Shown here: piece after piece, positions 26,963 through 38,400 of the stretch
Layout of the letters: each line of letters starts with the position of its first letter
Numbering within the stretch: position 1 is the first letter of the stretch
DNA from: Takakia lepidozioides
Lineage: Eukaryota; Plantae; Bryophyta
Length of the DNA stretch: 64,000 bases
Direction: 5' to 3'
Assembly (NCBI GenBank): GCA_030704615.1
Contig: CM060731.1
Coordinates: 65,782,001 to 65,846,000, forward strand
Notes under the pieces: model-generated
Seen by the model: only the letters and a program-made list of their open reading frames with translations
The model's database searches: none
What the model was told of the DNA's origin: nothing
Made by a program: the position numbers and the translations under genes

Positions 26963-27262
26963 CTCTAAATCACTCACCTGCGCTCTATCGATCTCCTCCT
27001 TCTGCACTCTAAATCACTCACCTTCCCTCCATCGATCTCCTCCTTCTGCACTCTAAATCACTCACCTTCCCTCCATCGATCTCCTCCTTCTGCACTCTAA
27101 ATCACTCACCTTCCCTCCATCGATCTCCTCCTACTGCACTCTAAATCACTCACCTTCCCTCCATCGATCTCCTCCTTCTGCACTCTAAATCACTCACCTG
27201 CCCTCTATCAATCTCCTCCTTCTGCACTCTAAATGACCCCCCTGCCCTCTATCAATCTCCCA
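26963..27262. repeat. 44-bp tandem array, 6 full copies plus 1 partial, immediately upstream of the exonuclease ATG
   Basis: The unit ctctaaatcactcaccttccctccatcgatctcctccttctgca starts at 26963, 27007, 27051, 27095, 27139, 27183 and 27227. Confidence 0.95.
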
Positions 27263-27321
27263 CTCTATCACTGCCATTCTCCAGCGAGAAACTTCTCCTT
27301 AAACCATATGAGTGTTTGTAC

Positions 27322-28247
27322 CAGTGTTGGACTGGTATGTCGAAAAGAAACTGGTATGTATACTGGTATGAAGTACCAGACCAAGTCTGGTATCACCTCA
27401 GGCCGCTACCTAGCATATACCTATATTGGCCTGGTATCTGCTTCCTAATACTGTGGACAATACCCTAGTCTGGTAGGTGGTTGAAAATCTGGTACCTGAT
27501 ACCAGTACCATATCCATATTTGTGAGGAAAACCTAGGTATCAATAGAGTTATCGGTACAGTGAGCCTCAGTTTGGTACCATGTTTGGACCCGAGTTACGG
27601 GTTTCCTCCTAAGTTTGAGTAAATCCGTAAAGTGCAGAAAATTGGGCACGAAGTCAGAAAAGAGGGCACCAAATCATAAACTGGGGATGAGGGCAACCGC
27701 TGCTATAGCGCGAGCTCGTGAGCTCTGACCGCCTCCGCCTCGACGACTAACAAAACTCGGCACCAAACTCCTTTCACCCCCATTTTCCTAAGTCCTGGCA
27801 GTTTGGTCCCGTGTTTTTTTCTAATCGTACCGCTTGATCCTGAGTTTCGAGTTTCATACCGAGTTTTGGCCAAACTCAGGGTTCTCATGCCGAGTTTGGG
27901 ACCCTTTACGGATAACTCTAATACTTTGAGGAACTTGAGGATTGAGGAATAAAATCAATGAGAAGCATGCTTGTACACATTTATATGAGAAGTGGGCCTT
28001 TCAATATTTGACATATCATGAGTTTTCTCGATACCAGACCAGGATTGATAACACCCAGGTATCGATTTATATTCTTGCTATTGATACCCGTAAAACACCA
28101 CACCAATCAGGTATTATTCATACCACCATGGTATCCAAATCTTAGATTTTTGCCAATACCAATACCTCCCTGGTATCACAATTGGCCGGAGGCCTATATG
28201 CCAGTACCAGCCTGGTGTGTTCAAAATACAATACCAATCCAACACTG
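27322..28247. mobile_element. Non-autonomous hAT-type DNA transposon (MITE)
   Basis: TIRs CAGTGTTGGACTGGTAT / ATACCAATCCAACACTG with 1 mismatch. 8-bp TSD gtttgtac (27314-27321) / gtttggac (28248-28255). Numerous subterminal GGTAT/ATACC repeats and no transposase. Confidence 0.85.
27544..27920. mobile_element. Small TIR element nested within the hAT MITE
   Basis: TIRs TAGAGTTATCGGTACA / TTTACGGATAACTCTA (14/16 match) with internal (C)CGAGTTT-like repeats. No clear TSD. Confidence 0.55.
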
Positions 28248-28416
28248 GTTTGGACCTTGCCATGGCACAATTAGGGTGATCCCAGGTTCACTCCTGGGAG
28301 GGATTGATTAATTGATGTACATATGAGAGGAAGTATCGAAGAGAAATTGGTTTACACTAGACATAGGATGGGAGTTGATTGCGCGCTTGCAAAGCTTGCC
28401 TATAGGATGCCTGGAG

Positions 28417-28760
28417 CTAACCGGAGGGCCCCTTGGGCCCGTGGTCAAATCCCCACCCCCCATCCCCTCGTGTATGCTTCACACCCATCCGAGGGTCCCA
28501 CGCTCCATGTTCCCAGTGCGGCGCTCCCCTGTTATTGGAGCGACGAAGCAGTAAAACTGGGGAGCAATAGCACAAAGGAGCCGGGAGTAGTAACAGGGGA
28601 GCGGTAACAGGGAGTGGCGGAGCAATAACAGAGGGGAGTTGTAACACACGGGAGCAGCGGACACACGGGAGCAAGGAGAACAGGGAGCGGCGGACACACT
28701 GGGGAGCGGTATGTATGTGGGAACATGGGAGCAACAATTGGGAACAGGGGAGCGGAGATC
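28417..28760. repeat. GC-rich low-complexity repeat (GGGAGC motif array), probably a TE subterminal region
   Basis: About 10 imperfect (a)cagggagc/cacgggagc units at 28560-28755, preceded by the hairpin gggccc-ctt-gggccc at ~28426-28440. Confidence 0.55.
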
Positions 28761-30724
28761 AGCTTGAGGGACTTAGAAAATTTTTGGAGATGCGAAAATC
28801 TAATGGTACCTTAGTCAAATCGTTAAACATATGATTTCCATCGCGCCATGGGCGAGGTTTGAACGTTTGAACCCAACACCCCCACAATAATGGTCAATGC
28901 ATCTAGCCACCAAGGTACCCGCCAAGGGTATTATAGTATATTTTGTATTATAATACAGGCAACTAGGGTTTCGCATTGCTTCGCACTACTAGCGACGAAT
29001 TCTGAGAACTACGCATCATGTTAAAATAAACGAAGAAAATGTGGTCAAAGGACCTTAAACCGTGTCAAACCTCCGATTTGTTGTGGTGTGCTGAATCATG
29101 CTCCCTAGTTTTCTTTGAAAATGAAGTGTTGTTGCTATTGGTTGTTCCCACAGTGTCCGGTCTTTCAGACCTTCTGAAACTGACCAAATGAGTTGGGGTA
29201 CATAGTTTTTCCCTTCTTCTTACGTTTTGCCAAAGCAAGAGAGCCCATTGCAATTTGAGGCTTGTTTCATTTGATATTAATTTGACACGTGTAATGACTC
29301 TTGATACAACAAGTAGATTTTGTTTATAAATGTTGTTTATATGATATCTATTTCCTCTTTATTTTCACTTGGTTTAGATTTCAAATTGTTTGGATGTTGA
29401 TCTAATGTCATGGTTTCACGAACAAACTTGGTTATTTTATTTAATGTTTTTTTTTTTTTTTTTTTTTTTTTTGGCGTTCATCATATATTTGTCTTTATTT
29501 AAAGCATATTTTATCTGCCTCTCCGTATTAACATTTTGGTTTTCCATATTATTTGAAGTTATACACATGCCCAAGTTCTCAAAACTCAGGGTGCAGTTTC
29601 TGAACCTCCTACTGGTTCGCTAGTGTGTTGGTATGAATACAGTTCAGCCGAAAAAGTTGGATATTATGAAGCCAATGCAAAATTATCTCCTATGATGGGG
29701 TCAGTATTGCAGAGATCTATGACTTTGAAGGCTCGGAAACCACGTGCCGGTGCTTAGGAATCCTACAGCGGGGCTCTACAATATCAGCCAGACTGCAGGG
29801 ATACAATTTCTTCAGAAGCTGCAGGGATTTTGGGATCAACGAGGGCATTGGGTCTCAGATCTGCTACCTCGCTTGAAGAATTGTCTTCTCTCTTTCGACT
29901 GACCTTGATTACATTGGGACCAGGGAAAAATTGTTAGATAACCAGAGCTCAGCTCTGATGAAGTGTAAGTTCAGTGAAGAGGCTGAAAAAGATGTGGGTA
30001 AAGAGAGGACAATGTCAAGCCATGGGGATGGAAGGGCATCCAGAAGCCTTTTAGAAGACAAAAATAGAGGGACTAGGCTGGCTTCAAGACCAATACATTC
30101 GTAGAATCGTAACTCCACAATCCACAACCCACAAAACTGAACCCACAACCTGCACCAGCAAGACCAGGTCCTCCACCAATCCCCAATACTCATTTGCTTC
30201 CTTCTGTATGATATCAGTCCCGGACATTTGCAAGTCATTGACTTCTTTGGTCAATGTTGTTTGGTCATGGTTAGTCCTAGCAACATGAGCAGCAAACACC
30301 ACCAGGAAACTCAAAATTATGTTGTTTTCTCTCGGAGTTCCACTACAGCTGATTTGAGCTCTGCCTAAGAAGCAGCTATCATACGTTCCTTCCACACCTT
30401 CTCGGCAAGGCGGACGATCAGAAGGAAAGCTACGAGCGTGAGGGATTTCACAAGAAACATGATGCTTTGGGTCCACTAGACCTCCCTTAGCGGGTTGTAT
30501 CCAGTGTCAACTTCTCTGTCTGAATTCATCCGTGCAAACAACGCTTCCGCCCCTGTCATAACAGCAGGCAATTGAAATAACTCATTGACGAACCTTCAAG
30601 TGTGAGATCACATGCAAATCTAGCCAAATATGTGAATGTACATCAAAATTGTGTCATTAACTCTTGTGTAAGCTAAACCCACATTACTACCAATGTGTCA
30701 ATACTGATGCTTCAAGCCGTTCTT

Positions 30725-31330
30725 TTACATTCCTTCAAATACTTGCAAGACCTCCCTATGAATACCATGTTGGGCATATCCTGCGATCATCGTATTCCAC
30801 AACACCACATTTCGTCCAGCCATATTGTTGAACACTCCCTCCGCATCCTCAATGCTCCCACATTTGGCATACATGTCCACGAGGGTATCGTTCAGAATCA
30901 CATCTGGACAATCCAGCTTTGGCGATGCAACCATGCACCTCTTTGTCCTTTTCCAGAGTTGCCATGCTTGCACACGCATTGCAAACGCACACAAACGTGA
31001 TGTGGTCGGACCAAAGCATCTTCACATGCCCAGAAGTGCCAGAAGAGGCATTGTGGATCCTCTCTTAATCCTCTTTCAGAAGCTGTGGTCATGGTTGAGG
31101 TGTCTGATTTTATCAACTGTGTCGCTGCAGCTGCTGCCTTTAATTAACCATATGCCCATGCAGGTTTCTTGTAGCTATTGATCCACAGGGAATCATAGGT
31201 AATCTGGAGCTTGAAATCTGGCCCTCTTGGATGAATCTGGACCCACACTTTATCCCTGCTCCTTCAGCTATCCATGCCTCTGCACACTCATTAATGTCGG
31301 TACCTTCCAAGGGAGGCCCCCAGACCACAC
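30725..31330 (-). pseudogene. Decayed fragment: OSB-type PDF motif followed by PLS-type PPR repeats
   Basis: Reverse strand ~31240-31150 reads IHPRGPDFKLQITYDSLWINSYKKPAWA, a PDF motif. 30994-30725 reads ILNDTLVDMYAKCGSIEDAEGVFNNMAGRNVVLWNTMIAGYAQHG, a PPR. Frames are broken. Confidence 0.7.
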
Positions 31331-32810
31331 TGTGCCGCCATGGCTTCTACCATGCACATGCACTCAAATACCCTACTCATGCCCCGTTCGGCTCTGCTCG
31401 GACATACTCATTATTCAGGGACTACCCGTTCAAGCCTCGCCACCTACTTCACTATCCCCTTAGCTCATCATCCACTTTATCGAGTTTACATTCTACCATG
31501 ATCGATACCCCACGATTCAATCCTGGAAAAACGACAAAAATACGCCCCACTCATTCTTGCAATTCGTCAGCAGGGATGGAAAACTGGCCCACTCACAGTC
31601 ATCACTGCCGGAACTTGAGGCGACATACACAACGCTAGTATCAATGATTTACATGATATTTTCAAAATACCAATTCTCCTAATCCATCAATGTTTCAAAG
31701 CAATCCATCTTACAGCACTCCATTCCCTAACAGCCATCATCACCAACAAACGTCAATTCAAAGCTAGCCCTCAAGTGCACCCTGCGTGTCGCGCACCTCA
31801 CTTCGGTAAGCTCCCCTTCAAGTCATAGTTACTCGCTTTGATGCGCGCGCCTGACTCCCAACCTGGCCGCCGGGCCAACTTGGAGCTTCGGCTGCTCACC
31901 GAGGCATAACGGTCCCCCTTCGCTCTCCCACTAAACCCTCCACCTATTTGGGCCTAGTGGAATTCCCTTTGGTAGATGGCAGTCCGGAACAGCTCCCCAC
32001 TCTTTGGTCGCTTTCCGGCTCGCTCGCTTACTCACTAGTTTTTGGTCACCAACGGGTTTGCATCGTTCTCGGGGTCACTACTCCCCTTATATATACTTCT
32101 GTAGCTGTCCGCGGGGGTTTCACAACCAGCCATGCCATTTTATGGCGAACCACCACGAAAACCCTCGACTCCCGGTGGTGAGTCGCGGTGAGTCTTGGCC
32201 CACTCACCACGGCCCCATTGGGCCGTGATGAGTCCCAAGACTCCCCACGACTCCCACCACGAGGTCTCCACCCCATGGTGAGTCCTATGCCACCCCCACT
32301 AAGTCCCGCTAAGCTACCACCACCCCTTGTGGACCCACCCCCACCGCAACCCGGTGTGCGGGGCTCCGCCTAGTGAGCGCCTCTGCCTCCTTGAGTGCCT
32401 TGGGCACTCAAGGGTGCTTCAGCCCCTGTACCTATCGCTGCTACTGCCCCCACCATAGGGGCAGCCCCTTCTGTGTCCCGACCCCTTGCCCTCAAGGCAA
32501 AGGGCCGCGACACTGCGTCCCCCAGGGTCCCCCTGGGAACTCAGGGGGTTCATAGCAGCCCTCCCCTCTCTCTTTCCTTGGTTACCTGGTGTCCCACAAG
32601 ACACCCTTCCTACTATATGGCCCACTCCCAAAAGGGGGCAGTAGCCGTAAGGCGAAGTGGTTCTTAGTTATGCCGGCTACGGCTGGAGTCTTCTCTCTCT
32701 CTCCGACCCCAGTCAATGGTGGAAAAGGTGAATGTCTATTGGAAGCAGAAGAAAGTCAACATATAATGAATTAGTGTGATAAGTAGGGTTGGGGTGTTTG
32801 TTGGAACAAT

Positions 32811-33133
32811 AAGTTGCCATGACTTACCGTGATTTACCTTGATCTACCATGATTTACCATTACTTACCAAATTACTGGATATTTTTCAGTCTCGCCAACA
32901 CCAGTTCAAGCTACTCTTGTTTCCAGTTTCCAGTATCTAGTTCTCTAGTCCAGTTTCCAGTATTTCATTCAAGTCGTGTTCTAATATCTTGTACTTTGTT
33001 CATTGTTATAAAAATCGTCTTGATTCATATTTACTCATCGTGCATTCGGCCACGCCGACCTTGACTTCTTGTCTAGTCTTGTACCTCTAGTCTGATCCCT
33101 TGTTTGTGTTCAGTCATGTTCTCGTCCCTGACA
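32811..33133 (+). repeat. 5' LTR, 5'-truncated and internally deleted
   Basis: Matches the 3' LTR (ccatgacttaccg..., then ttttcagtctcgccaac...ctcgtccctgaca) but lacks the TGTCA start and ~200 bp including the TATA region. Confidence 0.85.
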
Positions 33134-33981
33134 GTTTGGCGAGACTAAAGTTTGTTCCTTAGTTAGTTAAGATGAAAGACACATTTGCGAAAATGGTCGC
33201 CACATTGCAAAGTCTTCAGCTCCAGATGCAAGAACTTCATACCTCTACCGCCCAATTGCAAGGTGATCAGTTTCAAGATCTTGGCAACGCTCTCCACAAT
33301 TCGCAACAACAAATTTCAGAGTTAAAGGAGTCGAATAATGGATCTTCCATACAAGTCCCTACTGCAACAGCTCCTACTGCAACTGTTCATCTTCAACAGA
33401 TTACGAGAGAACCAAAGATCAACATGCCCGAGAAATTTGATGGAACGAGATCAAGATTTCGCGGTTTTGTTCAACAAGTACAACTGTTCCTACTACAACA
33501 TCCACAACGCTACCCCGATGAAGGGATTCAAGTCAGATTCGTGGGCACCCTTCTATCAGGCACTGCCCTATCTTGGTTTGCACCGCTAATAGAAAAAAAA
33601 TTCGCATTTACTATATAATTTAGAAGCATTCATGTCCGAGTTCACTGCAACGTTTGGAGAGAATGATAGAGAGAGAGTTGCAGAGGCAAAAATACGAAAT
33701 CTTTGACAAAGAGCACGTCATGCTTCCGTTTATGCTGCCGAATTTCGACAACTTGCGTGCGACCTCGACTGGAATGAGAAGAGCCTAAGTCAGTTTTAAT
33801 GTGGGCTAAAAGATGATGTAAAATATTTGTTGCTGACAATGCCAAACGTGAGTACACTGAACAAATTCATCCCCAAGTCATTGCATGCGACAATCGTTTG
33901 TTCGAAAGATGTCAAGAGAAGCGATCTGGATGGTCAACAACGCACCATGCCGCTGCTACTACGGCAACGACGCTACCGCGT

Positions 33982-35472
33982 GAGCCTGGCGTGTGAGTGT
34001 GTGAGCGTACGCTCACATAATGGTGATGTGGCGTGAGCCTACGCTCACAGCGCTGACGTGGCGCTGGTGCCGATGTGGCGTGAGCCCACCCAAGGTTGTG
34101 TCACGTCACCACAAAGATGGTGGGCCTATAACCGTGGAGCCTATAACCGTGGGATTTCACCATCTGAAGATGAGATGGGTTAAGGGTTTAGGGCGTCCGC
34201 AGAGATCAACATTGTGTTAACACGAGGTTGATTTCAGAGAACTTGAAATGAACCTTGTATTATCACGAGGTTGATTTCCTAGAACTGAAATCAACCTGGT
34301 GTTAACACGAGGTTGATTTGAAGTTCTCGAAATCAATCTTGTATTAACATGAGGTTGATTTCCGAGAATGTTCATTTGAATGTGACTTGATGTGTTCGCA
34401 ACTGAACAAATGAGTTTGAGGAACGAATGCAACAAATGGTAGACGCACGCACAACACGATTGATGACGTGACATACACCGACAGACATACGACTTCATTT
34501 TTTTTTTTTTTTTAATTTCTCCTTGGGGGTGATGCAAATCAACCTTGCGTTGACGCAACCTTGATTTGAGAAATGAAAACATCATTTTTTGATTTTTTGA
34601 TTTTTTTTTTTCCTCCTTGGGGGATGATGCAAATCAACCTTGCGTTGACGCAACCTTGATTTGAGAATGAAAGCATCATTTTTTGAAGATTTGTTTTTTT
34701 CTTCCTCCTTGGGGAATGATGCAAATCAAACTTGCATTGACGCAACCTTGATTTGAGAAATGAAATCATCATTTTTTGAATTTTATTTTATTTTTATTGT
34801 TTTTTCTTCCTGGGGGGTGATGCAAATCAACATTGCGTTGACGCAACCTTGATTTGAGAAATGAAAGTGTTTTTATTTTTTATATATTTTTTATTTTTTC
34901 CGGAGGGTGATGCAAATCAACCTTGCGTTGACGCAACCTTGATTTGAGAAATGAAAGCATTCTTTTTTTAGGACTGTTTTTTGCATTTTGTATGGTTGTT
35001 GGGCCTGTTGTTTTTCGTTTCGTGTCTTGCAATGCAAGTCTTGCCAACCTATTTTGCACCATGTTTTTTCATAAACCGCAAAGACGCTTTAGGGATTTCC
35101 TGGTGTTTGTTTGGAGAACGTCTATCAATGAAAAGTGGATATGAATTGGGGGGACGGAACTTCGTTAGAACGAACTCATTCTCCTTCTTGTTTATTACGC
35201 AACATGACATTGTGCTCTCTGAAATATCATGTGCCCGTGGACAAAAATCATCCACAAACCACCCGTGATTTCTCATCCGACTAAGATTTGGATGAGGGAT
35301 GAGACTTCTCGGAAATTAATGTTGGCAAATCTGGGGCGTGGTAGTCCCCTACAGTTCCGCGGAAATAGGTGACATCCGCGGAATTAGGTGGCATCCGCGG
35401 AATTAGGTCTTGCACGTGGGAAACCTTGCTGATGTGGCGTGAGCCTGGCTGGGCTCACACGCGGCTAGGCTC
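33982..35472. mobile_element. Non-autonomous TIR DNA element inserted in gag, with GAG...CTC termini and a probable 4-bp TSD
   Basis: The left end GAGCCTGGCGTGTGAG matches the reverse complement of the right end, GAGCCTAGCCGCGTGTGAG. Flanks are gcgt/acat. Removing the element plus one 4-bp copy restores the gag frame (...TTLPR|ASIPRTT...). Confidence 0.75.
34205..34970. repeat. Internal tandem repeats of the TIR element
   Basis: ~35-45-bp units containing taacacgaggttgattt (34205-34360), and five ~90-100-bp units tgatgcaaatcaaccttgcgttgacgcaaccttgatttgagaaatgaaa separated by T-rich spacers (34530-34960). Confidence 0.9.
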
Positions 35473-38400
35473 ACATGCAAGCATTCCCCGTACTACGGCA
35501 CCAAACACAATGATCCATCAGACATCCGATAATGATCCTATGCAGATTGATGTTGTCCGATTCAAGCCATTGACGCCACAAGAAAAACAAAGACGACGCT
35601 CGAATGGATTATGCTTTTATTGCGGAGAAGATGATCACATAGTATTAAACTGCCCCAACAAAGAGAAGATTCAAAACTCGGGGCACAACTCAAGTGTTCG
35701 ATACAAGGAGGTCGGAAAACGAAGATGTCCAGTCACAGTAGGGACCATGCGGCTGGACACCCCAAATTCCTCACCAAAAAAAAGTTTCTTTCTACCTCCA
35801 GACCCTGTACCTTGTTTCACAGTTCCAGTAAAGATCAGGATGCAAAATCGAGATATCTCCGTAGAAGCACTTTTGGACTTGGGCGCTTCAGCGTGTTTTA
35901 TTGACAAAGACTTTGCGAAGCAACACAATTTAACGCTCATAAGAAAGAAATTTCCGGCCCATGCTGAAGTCATCGATGGACGACCGTTAGCATCAGGAAA
36001 TATTGACCATGAAACTCGACCTCTTGAAGTAAAACTTAAAAATCAAGCATCACATATTGTTTTCAATGTCATCCAGTCTCCAACAAATCCTGTGATCATT
36101 GGACTTCTTTGGTTTGTACTTCATAATCCTGACATCGACTGGCGATCACGAAAATTTCGGCAAGACAAAAATGCAAAAGCACCAAAGGTATTCAACCCAT
36201 GTTTCTTGGAGCTAGAGCCTTGATGAGAGCTACGAAGAAAGATGCGACATTTGCACTTTATGCGACTCCGATCAAAACCACAACAGACCAAGGTACGTCG
36301 ACATTACCCACTCAATATCAAGATTTCAAGGATGTCTTTGAGAAGAAAAATGCAGATATGTTGCCAGAACATCGACTTTATGATTGTGCAATTGAGTTGC
36401 AAGAATGAGCTCAACCACCATTCGGCCCGATCTACAATTTATCTTAGACGGAGCTGGCTGCTTCACACGAATACATTGATGAAAATTTGTCATTCATTCG
36501 ACATTCGAAATCATCCGCGGGAGCACATATCTTATTTGTGAAGAAGAAAAACGGATCGTTACGCATGTGTGTGGACTATCGTGGGCTCAACAAAGTCACT
36601 ATAAAAAATCGTTACCCACTACCGCTGATTTCTAGACTTCTCGAACAATTTGAACGAACAATTTTTTTCACAAAGATTGACTTGAGATGAGCTTACAACC
36701 TTGTACGAATAAAAGAATGAGACAAATGGAAGACTGCTTTTAACACAAGGTACGGACATTTCGAATACAATGTTATGTCTTTCGGTCTTACAAATGCTCC
36801 GGCAATTTTTCAACACATGATGAATGATATTTTTCGAGAATTTTTAGATGACTTTGTAGTCATCTATTTGGACGACATTTTGATATTTTCACATAATGAA
36901 GAAGAACATGGTCGTCATGTATGCATTATCCTTGATAAATTGAGGGAAAAATGACTGTATGCCAAGTTGGAAAAATATTTTTTTCACCAATCTGAAGTCG
37001 AATTTTTGGGCTACATTATTTTCGACAAATGAGTCTTTATGAATCAGAAGAAAATATAAACCATCATCGAGTGGATTAAACCAACTTCGGTCCGAGATGT
37101 ACAATGCTTTCTAGGATATGCAAATTTCTATAGAATCTTTATCAATGACTACTCCAAAATTGTTGCACCATTGACACGATTCACAAGGAAGGACAAATTT
37201 GTATGGGACGAGAAGGCTGACCAAACATTTGAAAGGTTGAAGCAGACATTTACAACGGCTCCAATACTGGTACATGCAGACCTATCTAAACCATTCTTTT
37301 TGGAAGTAGATGCATCGGACTTTGCACTTGGTGCGGTACTATCTCAATATGGTATAGATGGCCGACTTCACCCTGTTGGTTTTTGTTCTCGCAAATTTTC
37401 CGCTGCGGAAATCAATTATGAAATCCATGACAAAGAACTTCTAGCGATTATCGATGCTTTTGAGGAGTGACGTCATCTATTGGGAGCTAAACATCAAATC
37501 ACAGTCTATACCGATCACAAAAACCTTGAGTATTTTATGAGTGCTCGTGTTTTGAATCGACGTCAAGCGAGATGGAGTATGTCACTAGCAAGGTTTGATT
37601 TTGTTATTACCTTCCGTCTCGGACATCTTCAAGAAAAACCAGATGCTCTTTCTCGACGATCGTATCTTGTACCAAAAGAAGGGGATGCAACTTTTGACCA
37701 ACATAAATCCATCATCTTGAAACCAACAAATCTTCAATTGAATATGCTATCCATGTCCACATATGACGATATAACTATCTTAAAAGATATTCATGAAGCA
37801 CTGAAGAGCGACAAATTTGCTACGATACTACGAAGTCAACTAAATCGACCTCGAGACAATCCACATGTTACAAACGACTTCGAATTCAAAGATGACTTAC
37901 TTTATTTCAAGAGACTTCTCTATGTACCTCCAAGACCTACACGACTTCGAATTCTTCAAACATGTCGTGATCTTCCGGCTGCAGGACATTTCAGCTTCAA
38001 CAAAACAATGGAATTAATATCCAAGGACTACTGGTGGCCGCAGATGTGGAAACTCGTGAAAGAATTTATAAAATCTTGCGACATGTGTGCTAGAGCGAAG
38101 GGACCACGACATCGACCTTACGGCCTTCTTCAACCATTACCCATTCCCAAGGGTCCATAGTCATCCTTGTCTATGGATTTTATTACGGACCTTCCAATTT
38201 CCAAGACCACCGATTCAATCCTTGTTATTGTAGATCATTTAACGAAGATGACACATTTCATTCTATGTAATAAGACGGTTACCGGCGAGGAAACTGCAAG
38301 ACTCTTCCTCAATAATATTTACCGCATTCATGGACTCCTGAAGGACATCGTATCTGATCGAGGACTACAGTTCATATCAAATTTCTGGAGGGGATTATTT

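Noticed and set aside
26963-27262. Regular 44-bp array (also the 133-bp and ~90-bp arrays) as a CRISPR array
   Set aside because: Units are head-to-tail with no unique spacers, there are no cas genes, and the context is eukaryotic.
32780-32815. Target-site duplication for the Gypsy element
   Set aside because: The 5' LTR start is missing, so no TSD can be paired with the sequence after 40448.
36406-37470. UGA recoding or readthrough keeping pol functional
   Set aside because: The element also has TAA/TAG stops, frameshifts and an insertion in gag, so it is simply dead.
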